A stretch of 64,000 nt of DNA from Deinococcales bacterium (GTDB lineage Bacteria > Deinococcota > Deinococci > Deinococcales > JAAFIG01): the NCBI GenBank assembly GCA_031414595.1, contig JANNVX010000098.1, forward strand, positions 1 through 64,000, written 5' to 3'. The position numbers and the translations under genes are program-made. Numbering within the stretch: position 1 is the stretch's first letter; each line of letters begins with the position of its first letter. The notes beneath the pieces were generated by a model. That model saw nothing but the letters and a program-made list of their open reading frames with translations. It had not been told where the DNA came from and searched no databases. Of the stretch, positions 48,001 to 56,225 are shown one piece after another.

Positions 48001-48188
48001 TCAGTAAAGACTTTACTTACACTGCTCCTAACACGACAGGTTCATTCTTGGTCGGCAATGGTCAGCAAGGCGCAGGTAGTGGCTCTGGAAGCAATATCTA
48101 TCGCGGAGTCATAGACAATTTGCGTGTCTATGGTCGAGCCTTAGCTGCTAACGAAGTGGTAGCCGTTAAAGACGCTCCAGAAAACTAA
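45027..48188 (+). CDS. Paralogous PA/binary-toxin-B-like lipoprotein with extra C-terminal LamG/ConA-like domain
   Basis: Co-linear with the upstream paralog (LVAC, FN3, DxDxDG, PLIANTPRFEL, NWGDG PKD), then LLAWFKFN...FTFSAWIKP...WYHYAVT...KLYRNG...GVIDNLRVYGRAL. Confidence 0.75.
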   Translation: MKSLFKFQFLLFPLLAATLVACPPPPVVGDLPATPTNFAVSSTTATSISLAWTAVTGATSYVLERGIAAGAKAQIATPSGSTYTDSGLTTGTNYSYALKAVNAKGPSATAALVSGVPLAPGADPDGDGVSSADELAGWDVVISRGGTQLSTRKVTSDPSKADTDSDGLTDGQERSRFIDPNTDDTDADLLKDADEVNIWVSNPADVDTDNDSTGNSGLFDGNELATYKTSPTLADTDGDFFNDFQEAITLGNEFKPLIANTPRFELEFASAPSISLNIVTTDGSEAAKTRSSSLALGTTSSKSSTDTNTERFSAEVSVTVGVEAKAGLDGGVTASSSVTATAGYGTENTKSFTSESGRSTQQTAEEARTLSTTQGKQIGGGTMTVGFKVKNTGDITFTLTNLAISVLRRDPNDSTKYKFVGSMTPNLGSGTPPSLTLGKGVTSGALGATLSFTDASELLEIMRNPADLRFELAGYDLKDGNDKNFAFQNDFTNGQTAQIVVDYGNGNVVRQRVATNVERVAGTIVGVKLGKALNDILGLPFTTIADSVTGFKVINGITDKKAGQMISSKTVADPKSLWVVIGSNGLAMTGVNVDDILVKSGTEVRLMLARDVDGDKLLENEEYFYETSDSNPDSDGDTITDFDEVRTGWNVQVIGKPVKKVYANPKAVDSDTDSLTDLQEKTAGTNPLLNDTDSDGTLDAADTDPLNPATNPIITGFDVTVAGKTATLVATVANPSLKDSVINWGDGTANTVLTGNPAKTISVQHVYATSGLFTVTLTASDSSAPTPKTTTVTKNLDIKDITSNLLAWFKFNGPTSGTTINGPVVNTANSSRNGTADGSGCVLTDTGIFNLVNTAYRFNFNEGGAGCGSSQHGSVTVQNLGFSQEFTFSAWIKPQGNLGDNWIMGQADNNGSNPWARMFIGQLGDQANSGTAVGVSGKVSFLLPRASNTSILITDPTTISLDTWYHYAVTVSKSGATTTVKLYRNGGLVNTVSKDFTYTAPNTTGSFLVGNGQQGAGSGSGSNIYRGVIDNLRVYGRALAANEVVAVKDAPEN

Positions 48189-48193
48189 GCAAT

Positions 48194-48236
48194 AAAAAAT
48201 CACCCCGCACTCGAGAACAGTGCGGGGTGATTTTTA
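48194..48236. terminator. Bidirectional terminator; inverted near-copy of the 44833-44861 hairpin
   Basis: AAAAATCACCCCGCACT-cgagaac-AGTGCGGGGTGATTTTT. Confidence 0.85.
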
Positions 48237-48239
48237 TAC

Positions 48240-49166
48240 TTACGGCAAGTTATTTAAGGCACTCTGCACACTCGAGACTAAATCCGAAGCGTTGCTTGCA
48301 GCACCCAAAGTTAAATACAAATTCAGGCTCAGTAAAAACAATTTGGTGTTGTGGCGTTTAGCCAGTCCAGCCGTATCAAACCAAATATCGTTCCAAGAAC
48401 CAAATGGCGCAGGGGCAACAACTTTACCAATGTACTCAGACCACTCGGTTACATTAAACATGCCTCGCGCTAGAACTGCAATCACGACCCTTGCCAGTCT
48501 TTCATCTTCGCCAAACGCATACGAAGTCTCGGTATTTGGTGCAACTTTACTTCGCACTGCCTCGAGAATTCGGGTCATGTCGGCTTTCTCGAGGTGCTTA
48601 GAACTGGCAAGCCGAAATAAAACATCCGCGCCGTGTGCCACGCCATGCACATACCCAAACTGTTTATCAAATCCACGCAGGTCTTGTTCATTGGTTAGGT
48701 ACGTCACGCCCGCCTCAAGCAAGGCTTTGACATCCCTTACCTCGAGATACGGTGTGAGATTATCTTGACGTATCAGTTCTGATAAAATTAAAGCACTAAA
48801 GGTACGCCTGAACGCCGAATCCGTGCCGCGCTCACCAATCCCCATTTTTAAGTTTGGGGTAAGTGTGGCAATCATGCGTTTAAGAGCATCGGCTTTAAGC
48901 ACACCGCGCCGTATCCAACGTGACAGAATTTCAAAACCATAAGTATCACGCAGTTCTGAATCTGGCGAAGCAAGGCATTCCATCAGCACAGTCGTGACTT
49001 CATCAGCCGTAAAATTACTTGGCGCAGCGTAATTATTTTGGACAATCCCGCGAAAAAAGGTTTTATTCATCGCTCCCTTTGGACAAGCAGCATCTGTTTG
49101 TCCAGCCACTCGAGTCAGACCAAAACCAAGCACCATCAGCAGTGCTAACGCCGTTACTTTGAACAT
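48240..49166 (-). CDS. DUF2785 family protein with signal peptide
   Basis: L.SPD.ELRD, F.RTFSALIL, E.DLRGF....GYVHGVAHGADVL and GEDERLA. Confidence 0.75.
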   Translation of the reverse strand: MFKVTALALLMVLGFGLTRVAGQTDAACPKGAMNKTFFRGIVQNNYAAPSNFTADEVTTVLMECLASPDSELRDTYGFEILSRWIRRGVLKADALKRMIATLTPNLKMGIGERGTDSAFRRTFSALILSELIRQDNLTPYLEVRDVKALLEAGVTYLTNEQDLRGFDKQFGYVHGVAHGADVLFRLASSKHLEKADMTRILEAVRSKVAPNTETSYAFGEDERLARVVIAVLARGMFNVTEWSEYIGKVVAPAPFGSWNDIWFDTAGLAKRHNTKLFLLSLNLYLTLGAASNASDLVSSVQSALNNLP

Positions 49167-49272
49167 TTGAACCTCCGATTTTTGGCGCTCGAGCCGCCTG
49201 TATTTAGCTTGCGCCTAGGTTCACTCAAAACCAAGAGCATTTTTTGAGCGGATGTTCACGCATAATGTAAGT

Positions 49273-49887
49273 ATGAAAGTTCAACGACTCGAGCAAGTTG
49301 GTGCAGCTAAGCTGTTGCTGTCTCGGAAAGCCCAAGCAGTTTTGCGCCCATTCTTGAATGCCGAATTGACTGTTGGAGAAGCAGCCAAAATAATTGGTTT
49401 GCCAATCAATTCTGTGGCGTACTGGGTGAATAAACTCTTAAAAAACCAAATTCTAAAGGTCGTACAACCACAACCTTTGGTCACATACCAAGCATCGGCT
49501 AATGCTTTTTTTGTACCATTTTCTTTGGCAGGCAAAGAAAGTATGCAATCGTTGTATGCCAGTATTCAAGCCCCAGTTCTCGAGCTTTTCCATGCCAGCA
49601 TTGCCGAGGTGATGAACGACGCTAACGGAGACTGGGGGGTGTGCATCAGTACCTATGACCAAAGTATCATCCTAACAATAGTAGATGAAGCCAGAGGTGG
49701 TATCAGCCTTAACTCGAGACGACCCGACACTCCCGCTACCGTCAACTTATGGGGGTTTCTGCACTTGGACTTTGAAGATGCCAAAACCATGCAGCACGAG
49801 TTAATCGAGGTCTACCAAAAGTACCTACAAAAAAGTGGCGCTCAGAGGTACTTACTGCGCTTAGGTAATGTTCCTGTTAAATCGTGA
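49273..49887 (+). CDS. ArsR-like HTH protein of the Deinococcota type
   Basis: LRPFL..ELTVGEAAK.IG...NSVAYWV.KL...IL.V. CATAAT 6 nt before ATG 49273. Confidence 0.7.
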   Translation: MKVQRLEQVGAAKLLLSRKAQAVLRPFLNAELTVGEAAKIIGLPINSVAYWVNKLLKNQILKVVQPQPLVTYQASANAFFVPFSLAGKESMQSLYASIQAPVLELFHASIAEVMNDANGDWGVCISTYDQSIILTIVDEARGGISLNSRRPDTPATVNLWGFLHLDFEDAKTMQHELIEVYQKYLQKSGAQRYLLRLGNVPVKS

Positions 49888-49936
49888 CCCTCGGGAAAAT
49901 CCTGTTTTCTCGAGCCTTGGCTGCTAAGATAATCCG

Positions 49937-50776
49937 ATGAACAAACTCCACCTCGAGATTAACTACAGCAGTTTACTCAACTTACCCGAAACCTCGAGTG
50001 GCTACAGAAAAACTGATGCCGAACGCCTAACCATGATTACCGAAAAAGGCTACACAGGCGTACAAGGCGGCGACCCAAACCTGATTCGGGCGGCGGGACT
50101 TCGCTTTACTGAATCTGGCAGTGTGCGAAAACACAGCGATGCCGATGCTGTGGCTCGAGCCGCCGTTATTTCCAAAGCCGAAGCGGTCACAGTCCACGTT
50201 GGTACAGGTTTTGAAGACGACCTGCAAATGGATGCCTTGTTACGCGCCATTCTCGATGCAACCCAAAAACACCAAATCCCAATGTACATCGAAACCCACC
50301 GCGCTACGATTACCCAAGATGCTTGGCGCACGGTGCAAGCTGCCAAGGTATTCCCAGAACTGCGCTTTAATCTTGATTTTAGCCATTGGTACACTGGTCT
50401 TGAGTGGGTCTATGGCGATATGGAAGCCAAACTCGAGTTTATTGCCCCAGTGCTTGACCGTGTGCGCTACATTCATGCCCGAATAGGCGACAGCGGCAGT
50501 ATTCAAGTTGGCTTGAATACCCCCGATATGGAGCGCCACATTGCCGTTTTTGAAAGCGTTTGGACTCGAGCCATGCAAGGGTTTTTAAGTACGGCTGAAT
50601 CATCCGAAGTGCTTTCGTTTGTCCCAGAATTGCTGCATTCCAGCATCGGTTATGCTCGAGTGTTCCCAGACGCAAGTGGTGCGTATGTTGAGGAATCAGA
50701 CCGGTGGCTCGAGTCTTGGCAACTTGCCCAGATTGGCAAGAAGTGCTTTTCTAATGTTGTAAAAACCATGATTTGA
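49937..50776 (+). CDS. Xylose-isomerase-like TIM barrel (sugar phosphate isomerase/epimerase family)
   Basis: IETHRATITQD, DFSHW, IHARIG and PEL. Leaderless TAAGAT box. Confidence 0.75.
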   Translation: MNKLHLEINYSSLLNLPETSSGYRKTDAERLTMITEKGYTGVQGGDPNLIRAAGLRFTESGSVRKHSDADAVARAAVISKAEAVTVHVGTGFEDDLQMDALLRAILDATQKHQIPMYIETHRATITQDAWRTVQAAKVFPELRFNLDFSHWYTGLEWVYGDMEAKLEFIAPVLDRVRYIHARIGDSGSIQVGLNTPDMERHIAVFESVWTRAMQGFLSTAESSEVLSFVPELLHSSIGYARVFPDASGAYVEESDRWLESWQLAQIGKKCFSNVVKTMI

Positions 50777-50842
50777 TTCTGATTTATTGGGCAAATCAAA
50801 GAAGAAAAAAGAGCCGATTTAAGGTAGGATACTGGCGTTATC

Positions 50843-52183
50843 ATGGAAAGTATTCGCTTTATAGATTTATTCGCTGGAATTGGTGGGATTCGCCTTGGCT
50901 TTGAGCAAGCAGCAAATGCCTTGGGCTTAAAGACTAAATGTGTACTGACCTCCGAAATCAAAGCCCCTGCTATCCAAACGTATCAACAAAATTTTCCTCA
51001 AGAATTTATCCAAGGCGATATTACGCAAATTGCGGCTGAAAACATTCCAGATTTTGATTTTTTACTGGCTGGGTTTCCATGTCAGCCGTTTAGCAGCGCA
51101 GGGCAACGCCTAGGATTCTTGGACACTCGAGGCACGCTGTTTTTTGAAATAGAGCGCATTCTTGAAGCCAAAAAACCAACGGGTTTTCTGCTCGAAAATG
51201 TTGAGGGATTGGTTGCCCATGACCAAGGGCGCACCCTAAAAACCATTCTGGCTGTTCTCGAGAAGCTAGGGTATCAGGTCACTTGGAAAGTTCTTAATGC
51301 TCTTGATTTTGGCATACCTCAAGAACGCAAACGCATTTTTATCCTCGGACATCAGCAACAGGCTGTTCCCCTCGAGTTTGAAGCGCTGCCATTAACCCGT
51401 CTTGGTGATTTACTCGAGACCAATTTGCCTGTACTCGATTCGGCATTTACCCGCAAGGTCTTTAGACATTACAAACCCGAAGATTTATTTGGTAAAAGCA
51501 TCAAAGATAAACGCGGCGGAGCGGACAATATCCACAGTTGGGACTTGGAACTCAAAGGTGATGTTTCGCCCCATCAAAAGCGCCTCCTCGAGACTTTGCT
51601 CCGAGAACGCCGTAAGCGCCACTGGGCAATTAAAAAAGGGATTACTTGGATGGATGGAATGCCTTTGACATGTGAAGAAATTTCAACTTTTTTCTATGCC
51701 CAAGGGTTATTTGACCAATTTAATCTTCAAGAATTACTCGATGACCTTGTACAAAAAGGTTATCTCGAGTTTGAGCATCCGAAAGACCTTGTAAAAATTG
51801 GTGCTGTACAAAAACGCCAACCGCGCACAGACTTAGAAAAAGGGTATAACATTGTGGTTGGTAAACTCAGTTTTGAAATCAATAAAATCCTTGACCCAAA
51901 TGGTATTTGTCCAACGCTTGTCGCCACCGACATGAGCCGAATTGCTGTTTTAGATACCAAAGGTTTAAGGCGCTTAACGATTAGGGAAGGACTGCGCTTG
52001 AATGGTTTCCCAGACTCTTACCAAATGACTGTTCCCGAAAACGTTAGCTGTGATTTACTTGGGAATTCTGTGGCTGTCCCAGTGGTCAAAGCCATTACAG
52101 AGCGTTTAATTTCGCCAATTCTGCGTATGCCTATCCAGCCGAGTCAATACTCGTTTGCAAATGTGCTGCATAGTTTTGACTGA
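50843..52183 (+). CDS. C5-cytosine DNA methyltransferase (M.NgoBV/M.NlaIV-like)
   Basis: DLFAGIGG, AGFPCQPFS, LLENVEGL, PQERKRI and LGNSV; variable region GKSIKDKRGG..NIHSWD. Confidence 0.92.
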   Translation: MESIRFIDLFAGIGGIRLGFEQAANALGLKTKCVLTSEIKAPAIQTYQQNFPQEFIQGDITQIAAENIPDFDFLLAGFPCQPFSSAGQRLGFLDTRGTLFFEIERILEAKKPTGFLLENVEGLVAHDQGRTLKTILAVLEKLGYQVTWKVLNALDFGIPQERKRIFILGHQQQAVPLEFEALPLTRLGDLLETNLPVLDSAFTRKVFRHYKPEDLFGKSIKDKRGGADNIHSWDLELKGDVSPHQKRLLETLLRERRKRHWAIKKGITWMDGMPLTCEEISTFFYAQGLFDQFNLQELLDDLVQKGYLEFEHPKDLVKIGAVQKRQPRTDLEKGYNIVVGKLSFEINKILDPNGICPTLVATDMSRIAVLDTKGLRRLTIREGLRLNGFPDSYQMTVPENVSCDLLGNSVAVPVVKAITERLISPILRMPIQPSQYSFANVLHSFD

Positions 52184-52829
52184 CTTCTAAAAACCACTTC
52201 TCGGCATAGTCTGAACCGTGCGTTTGCACCAACGTTTCTTTGATTGCTTCTAAAAAAACTTCTCTCGAGTTAAACGCTGGTGTCACTTTTTTGGCTTGTG
52301 AAAACCATAAAATCGGGCGCAAGTTGACTATTTTTTGCTGTTTTTCTTGTACACGAATTGGTCTTGTGGAACTTGTGCCGCTAATTTCCCAAATTTTCTT
52401 TAACCAAAAGTCAGTCACTTTGAGGACACCATCCTCGAGACTGTATGCAAAAATCAGGTAGTCGGCATTTAATCGGTAGGCGTTGGTTCGCAATGAACGT
52501 GTATAGGCATCAAAATTTGCAGTGTCAAAATTTGGACTTGCACTTGCATCAAAGACTTTAATCTCGAGTAAGTTTTCTTTATTTGAAGTTGGGTCAAGCA
52601 AAAAGTCAGGGAATTCTTGAGTATTGATTTTCTGACGATAAAAAATGTTTTTATTCTGCAACCAAAGTCCAAACCATTCCTGCAATAAGTTCCCGACCGA
52701 ACTTTTATCTTTGACCAAAAGCGTAATTCCAGCAAAAAAGACTTCGATACGACCTGTTTGGGCTTGTAGATTCTCGGATTTTAGCAAGTCAAAAATTTGT
52801 TGTGCAGTCAGATTTTGCGGCGAACTCAT
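52131..52829 (-). CDS. Type II restriction endonuclease, NgoBV-like
   Basis: VGNLLQEW, QEFPDF, LLEIKVF...SPNFD.ANF.AY, ADYLIFAY and WLKKIWEI; convergent with and overlapping the MTase. Confidence 0.8.
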   Translation of the reverse strand: MSSPQNLTAQQIFDLLKSENLQAQTGRIEVFFAGITLLVKDKSSVGNLLQEWFGLWLQNKNIFYRQKINTQEFPDFLLDPTSNKENLLEIKVFDASASPNFDTANFDAYTRSLRTNAYRLNADYLIFAYSLEDGVLKVTDFWLKKIWEISGTSSTRPIRVQEKQQKIVNLRPILWFSQAKKVTPAFNSREVFLEAIKETLVQTHGSDYAEKWFLEVSQNYAAHLQTSIDSAG

Positions 52830-52893
52830 GGCGTAGCTTAACACTGTGGCTCTATTTGTACTCGAGCCGCTAGATTTTGCGCCTCAAGTGTTC

Positions 52894-52915
52894 TACAATT
52901 TGTACTTAGTACAAA
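52894..52915 (+). promoter_or_regulatory. -10 box TACAAT overlapped by palindrome TTGTACTTAGTACAA (FadR/TetR-type operator)
   Basis: Arms TTTGTACT/AGTACAAA are perfect and lie directly upstream of the beta-oxidation operon. They fit the Thermus FadR consensus as I recall it (TTRNACYNRGTNYAA). Confidence 0.7.
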
Positions 52916-52944
52916 AATCCCCACTTCACCTTAAGGAGTCAATC

Positions 52945-55212
52945 ATGAAGATTCGTAAAGCCGCCGTCGTCGGCTCTGGCACAATGGGCGCTGCTGTCGC
53001 CGCTCACCTCGCAAATGCTGGTATTCCCGTGCTGCTCTTAGATATTGCTGGTTCTGGCGCGGATAAAAATGAAATTGTCAAAAAAGGTTTGGAACGAGCC
53101 TTAAAAGCCAAGCCCGCCGCTTTTATGCACCCCAAAGCCGCGCAACTCATCACCCTCGGTAATCTCGAGGATGACATTGCTAAATTAACCGGTGTGGACT
53201 GGATTTTTGAAGCAATTCTCGAGCGTTTGGATGTCAAACAAGATTTCTGGGCTAAAGTCGAAGCGACAGGCACAAAAGCAATTGTCAGCAGCAACTCGAG
53301 CGGTATTCCAATGCACTTGCAAATTCAAGACCGAAGTCTCGAGTTCAAGCAGCGTTTTGTTGGCACACACTTTTTTAATCCACCGCGTTACTTAAAACTG
53401 CTCGAGGTGATTCCCACCCCAGACACAAAACCAGAAGTAATAGCTGCCGTCTCTGAATTTGGCGATAAAGTCCTAGGCAAAGGCGTGGTTGTTGCCAAAG
53501 ATGTCCCCGGATTTATTGCCAACCGAATTGGTGTCTGGGGCATGACCCATACCGTCCGCGATGCCGTCGAACTTGGCTTGCGCCCCGATGAAGTGGATGC
53601 CTACCTTGGAACACTGATGGGACGCGCCACCAGTGCCAGTTTTCGCACCAACGACCTGAGCGGTTTGGACATCGGTTTGATGGTCGCTAAAAACCTCGGC
53701 GCGAGTACCGAATTTGATTACACCCCAGCGCCTATTCTCGAGAAACTGGTGGAAATGGGACGGCTAGGCGAAAAAACGGGCGAAGGCTTTTTTAAGCGCA
53801 TCAAAGGTAAAGACGGAAAAAGCGTTATTTTAACGCTAGATTACGAAACACTCGAGTACAAAGATAATGGTCGGGTGCGTGTCCCCGATGAAATTCGCGC
53901 TTTGCCAAGTGCGGTGGCTCGAATCAAAGCCCTCCTGAAACTCGAGAACAACGTTGGTGAGTTGGTGCGGCGCAATGTCTACGGTCTAATCTGGTTTGCC
54001 GCTAAGAATATCCCCGCTTGTGCCGATACGGTTGTAGAAGTAGACAACGCCCTAAAATGGGGCTTCAACTGGGAAATCGGAGCGTTTGACTTGGCAGATG
54101 CACTCGGACACGACACCGTAATTGCTGGAATTAAGGCGCTGGGCTTGGATGTACCGCCGCTTCTCGAGCAAGGCAAACCGTTCTACGCCGAAGGTGCAGT
54201 CCAAAAAAGCGGTTTGATTGTGCTGCGCGATATTAAACGCGACTCGAGCAAGATTATGAAAACCATGCAAGGGGCTTCGCTGGTGGACATTGGTGATGGT
54301 GTGGCGCTGCTCGAGTTTCACAGCAAAGCCAATTCGCTGGGTGAAGATGCGGTGCGAATGATGGCGTTTGCCCAAAATGCGGTACAAGAAAACTTTGTCG
54401 GGTTGGTGGTCGGTAATCAAGGCGATAATTTTAGTGCTGGCGCGAACCTTGCGCTGCTGCTGATGCAAGCCCAAGAAGGCGAATTTGACGAGATTGACAT
54501 GGGCATTCGTCAATTCCAACGCTTCACAACCAGTATGCGCTACAGCCCATTCCCAACCGTTTCTGCGCCGTTTGGACTGACCCTTGGCGGTGGTTGCGAG
54601 CTATCCTTGTACGCCGACCATGTGCAAGCCCACAGCGAACTTTACATGGGCTTAGTCGAGGCTGGCGTGGGTTTAATTCCTGGTGGTGGTGGTACAACCG
54701 AAATGCTGGCACGCTTTTCCGAAGCATTGTTGCCCAATGAAGACCCGTTTAGTGCTGTCCGCAAAGCCTTTGAACAAATTGCCCTCGCCAAAACCAGCAC
54801 CTCAGGACTCGAGGCACGGGATTTAGGCTACTTAAAAAGGGGCGATGGCATCACCATGAACCGCGATAGGCTGCTGTCCGATGCCAAACAAAAGGTTCTC
54901 GAACTCGCCAAAGATTATGTGCAACCACAGCCTCGAGCCGAGATCATTGCCATGGGCGAAAGTGCCATTGCAAATATCAAAGTAGCGGTTCACGGCTTGC
55001 AACTGAGCCGTCAAGCCTCCGAACACGACGGAATTATTGCCATGCAGCTTGCTAAAATTCTGGCGGGTGGAAGCATGAACCGAGTTAGTAAGCAACCCGA
55101 ACAGCATTTTCTTGACCTCGAGCGTGAAGCATTTTTGTATTTGGTTGGCACACGCAAAACCCAAGAACGCATTGCTCACACCTTGAAAACTGGTAAACCA
55201 TTACGCAACTAA
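52945..55212 (+). CDS. fadN: 3-hydroxyacyl-CoA dehydrogenase/enoyl-CoA hydratase (FadN type)
   Basis: VVGSGTMG, SNSSG, GTHFFNPPRY, DVPGFIANR, NFSAGANL, LGGGCE and TGKPLRN; AAGGAG SD before ATG 52945. Confidence 0.92.
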   Translation: MKIRKAAVVGSGTMGAAVAAHLANAGIPVLLLDIAGSGADKNEIVKKGLERALKAKPAAFMHPKAAQLITLGNLEDDIAKLTGVDWIFEAILERLDVKQDFWAKVEATGTKAIVSSNSSGIPMHLQIQDRSLEFKQRFVGTHFFNPPRYLKLLEVIPTPDTKPEVIAAVSEFGDKVLGKGVVVAKDVPGFIANRIGVWGMTHTVRDAVELGLRPDEVDAYLGTLMGRATSASFRTNDLSGLDIGLMVAKNLGASTEFDYTPAPILEKLVEMGRLGEKTGEGFFKRIKGKDGKSVILTLDYETLEYKDNGRVRVPDEIRALPSAVARIKALLKLENNVGELVRRNVYGLIWFAAKNIPACADTVVEVDNALKWGFNWEIGAFDLADALGHDTVIAGIKALGLDVPPLLEQGKPFYAEGAVQKSGLIVLRDIKRDSSKIMKTMQGASLVDIGDGVALLEFHSKANSLGEDAVRMMAFAQNAVQENFVGLVVGNQGDNFSAGANLALLLMQAQEGEFDEIDMGIRQFQRFTTSMRYSPFPTVSAPFGLTLGGGCELSLYADHVQAHSELYMGLVEAGVGLIPGGGGTTEMLARFSEALLPNEDPFSAVRKAFEQIALAKTSTSGLEARDLGYLKRGDGITMNRDRLLSDAKQKVLELAKDYVQPQPRAEIIAMGESAIANIKVAVHGLQLSRQASEHDGIIAMQLAKILAGGSMNRVSKQPEQHFLDLEREAFLYLVGTRKTQERIAHTLKTGKPLRN

Positions 55213-55213
55213 T

Positions 55214-55278
55214 CCGTAGGGGCGAGGTTTCTTGATTCTAAACACGCACCTACGGGCAGAATCGCTCGTCTCGCCCTG
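55214..55278. repeat. REP/MITE-like nested inverted repeat
   Basis: CCGTAGG/CCTACGG (55214, 55249) and GGGCGAG/CTCGCCC (55220, 55270); begins with GTAGGGGCGAG. Confidence 0.5.
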
Positions 55279-55337
55279 CCCACCGCCCAAGCATCGGCAG
55301 CACACCAGTTACGCCCGAGGATAGAAACGAGAAATTT

Positions 55338-55664
55338 ATGCCAGAAGAAATCAGAGTTATTCGTTTTCGTTGCCCTCACCTTAAAGAAGATGTTGAACTG
55401 ACCCAAGAACGCGCAGACCACATTGCACTTCAACACCCAGATTTTTTTCCAACTTATGCACAACGTATTCCAGAAACACTACTCGAGCCAGATTTAATTC
55501 GCCAAGACCCACACAGACCAGATTGTCAGCATTTCATTAAGTTTTATGGAAATCTAAACGCACTTATCGCCGTGATTATCACCACAGAACGAAATTTCAT
55601 TACTACCGCGTACAATACCCGAAGAGTTCCGCAAGGAGGTGTTCTATGGACAAAAAAACCGTAA
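55338..55664 (+). CDS. Putative RelE/BECR-fold (PBECR2-like) ribonuclease toxin
   Basis: V.LT.ER..HI...HP, I.ETL..PD.I..D and FITTAY; overlaps the next gene. Confidence 0.55.
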   Translation: MPEEIRVIRFRCPHLKEDVELTQERADHIALQHPDFFPTYAQRIPETLLEPDLIRQDPHRPDCQHFIKFYGNLNALIAVIITTERNFITTAYNTRRVPQGGVLWTKKP

Positions 55665-55981
55665 CCGTCTCATACGACAAAACCAGCGACACATTGGCAT
55701 TTGACCTTGTGCCACGCAATGCTACACAAATCAGTGACCATATGACTGATGAAATCCTAGGGCGTTTTAACAGCCACACAAATGAACTCGAGAACATAGA
55801 TGTACAAGGTTTTATGGCTCGGCTCGAGCAAGGGCAACGTTTGGTTTTACCGTTGGTGTTTAGTAATATTACAAGTCTCGAGGATGCCGAAGATATAGCG
55901 ATTTTTGAGGAGCGTAGAAACGAAGAACACATTCCTTGGGAAACCATAAAAAAGGAATTGGTTGCCAGTGGGCGTTTGTAA
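55646..55981 (+). CDS. DUF2283-like putative antitoxin with C-terminal acidic tail
   Basis: VTVSYDKTSDTLAF...ILGRF...ELENIDV; tail EDAEDIAIFEERRNEEHIPWE.IK.EL; AAGGAGG SD. Confidence 0.55.
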   Translation: MDKKTVTVSYDKTSDTLAFDLVPRNATQISDHMTDEILGRFNSHTNELENIDVQGFMARLEQGQRLVLPLVFSNITSLEDAEDIAIFEERRNEEHIPWETIKKELVASGRL

Positions 55982-55982
55982 T

Positions 55983-56213
55983 ATGGAAAAAGTAAATATC
56001 CAATTTGATACAGAAGGCGACATTCTTTACGTCGAATTCTGCAAACCCTACAAAGGACAAGGTTCAACCGAAATAGCGGGCGGTGTGGTTGCCAGAACCC
56101 ATCCAATTACTGGAAGAATCGAAAGCCTCGAGATTATGGATTTAAGTGCTAGACAGGGCAAACTCGAGTTACCAATGATTGTTGAACCCCTCGAGATGGC
56201 AGCCGCAGATTAA
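55983..56213 (+). CDS. DUF2283 family protein
   Basis: IQFDTEGDILYV.F...STEI..GVVAR..P.TG.IESLEI. Confidence 0.7.
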   Translation: MEKVNIQFDTEGDILYVEFCKPYKGQGSTEIAGGVVARTHPITGRIESLEIMDLSARQGKLELPMIVEPLEMAAAD

Positions 56214-56225
56214 AAAAGGATTTTT

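Noticed and set aside
48220-48768. 182-aa plus-strand ORF as a possible A (cargo) subunit for the PA-like pair
   Set aside because: It starts inside a terminator, is fully antisense to the DUF2785 gene, and has no enzymatic motif.
50843-52183. Local C5 methyltransferase as the cause of CTCGAG abundance
   Set aside because: Its variable region and partner nuclease resemble the NgoBV/NlaIV (GGNNCC) family, not XhoI/TaqI-type enzymes.
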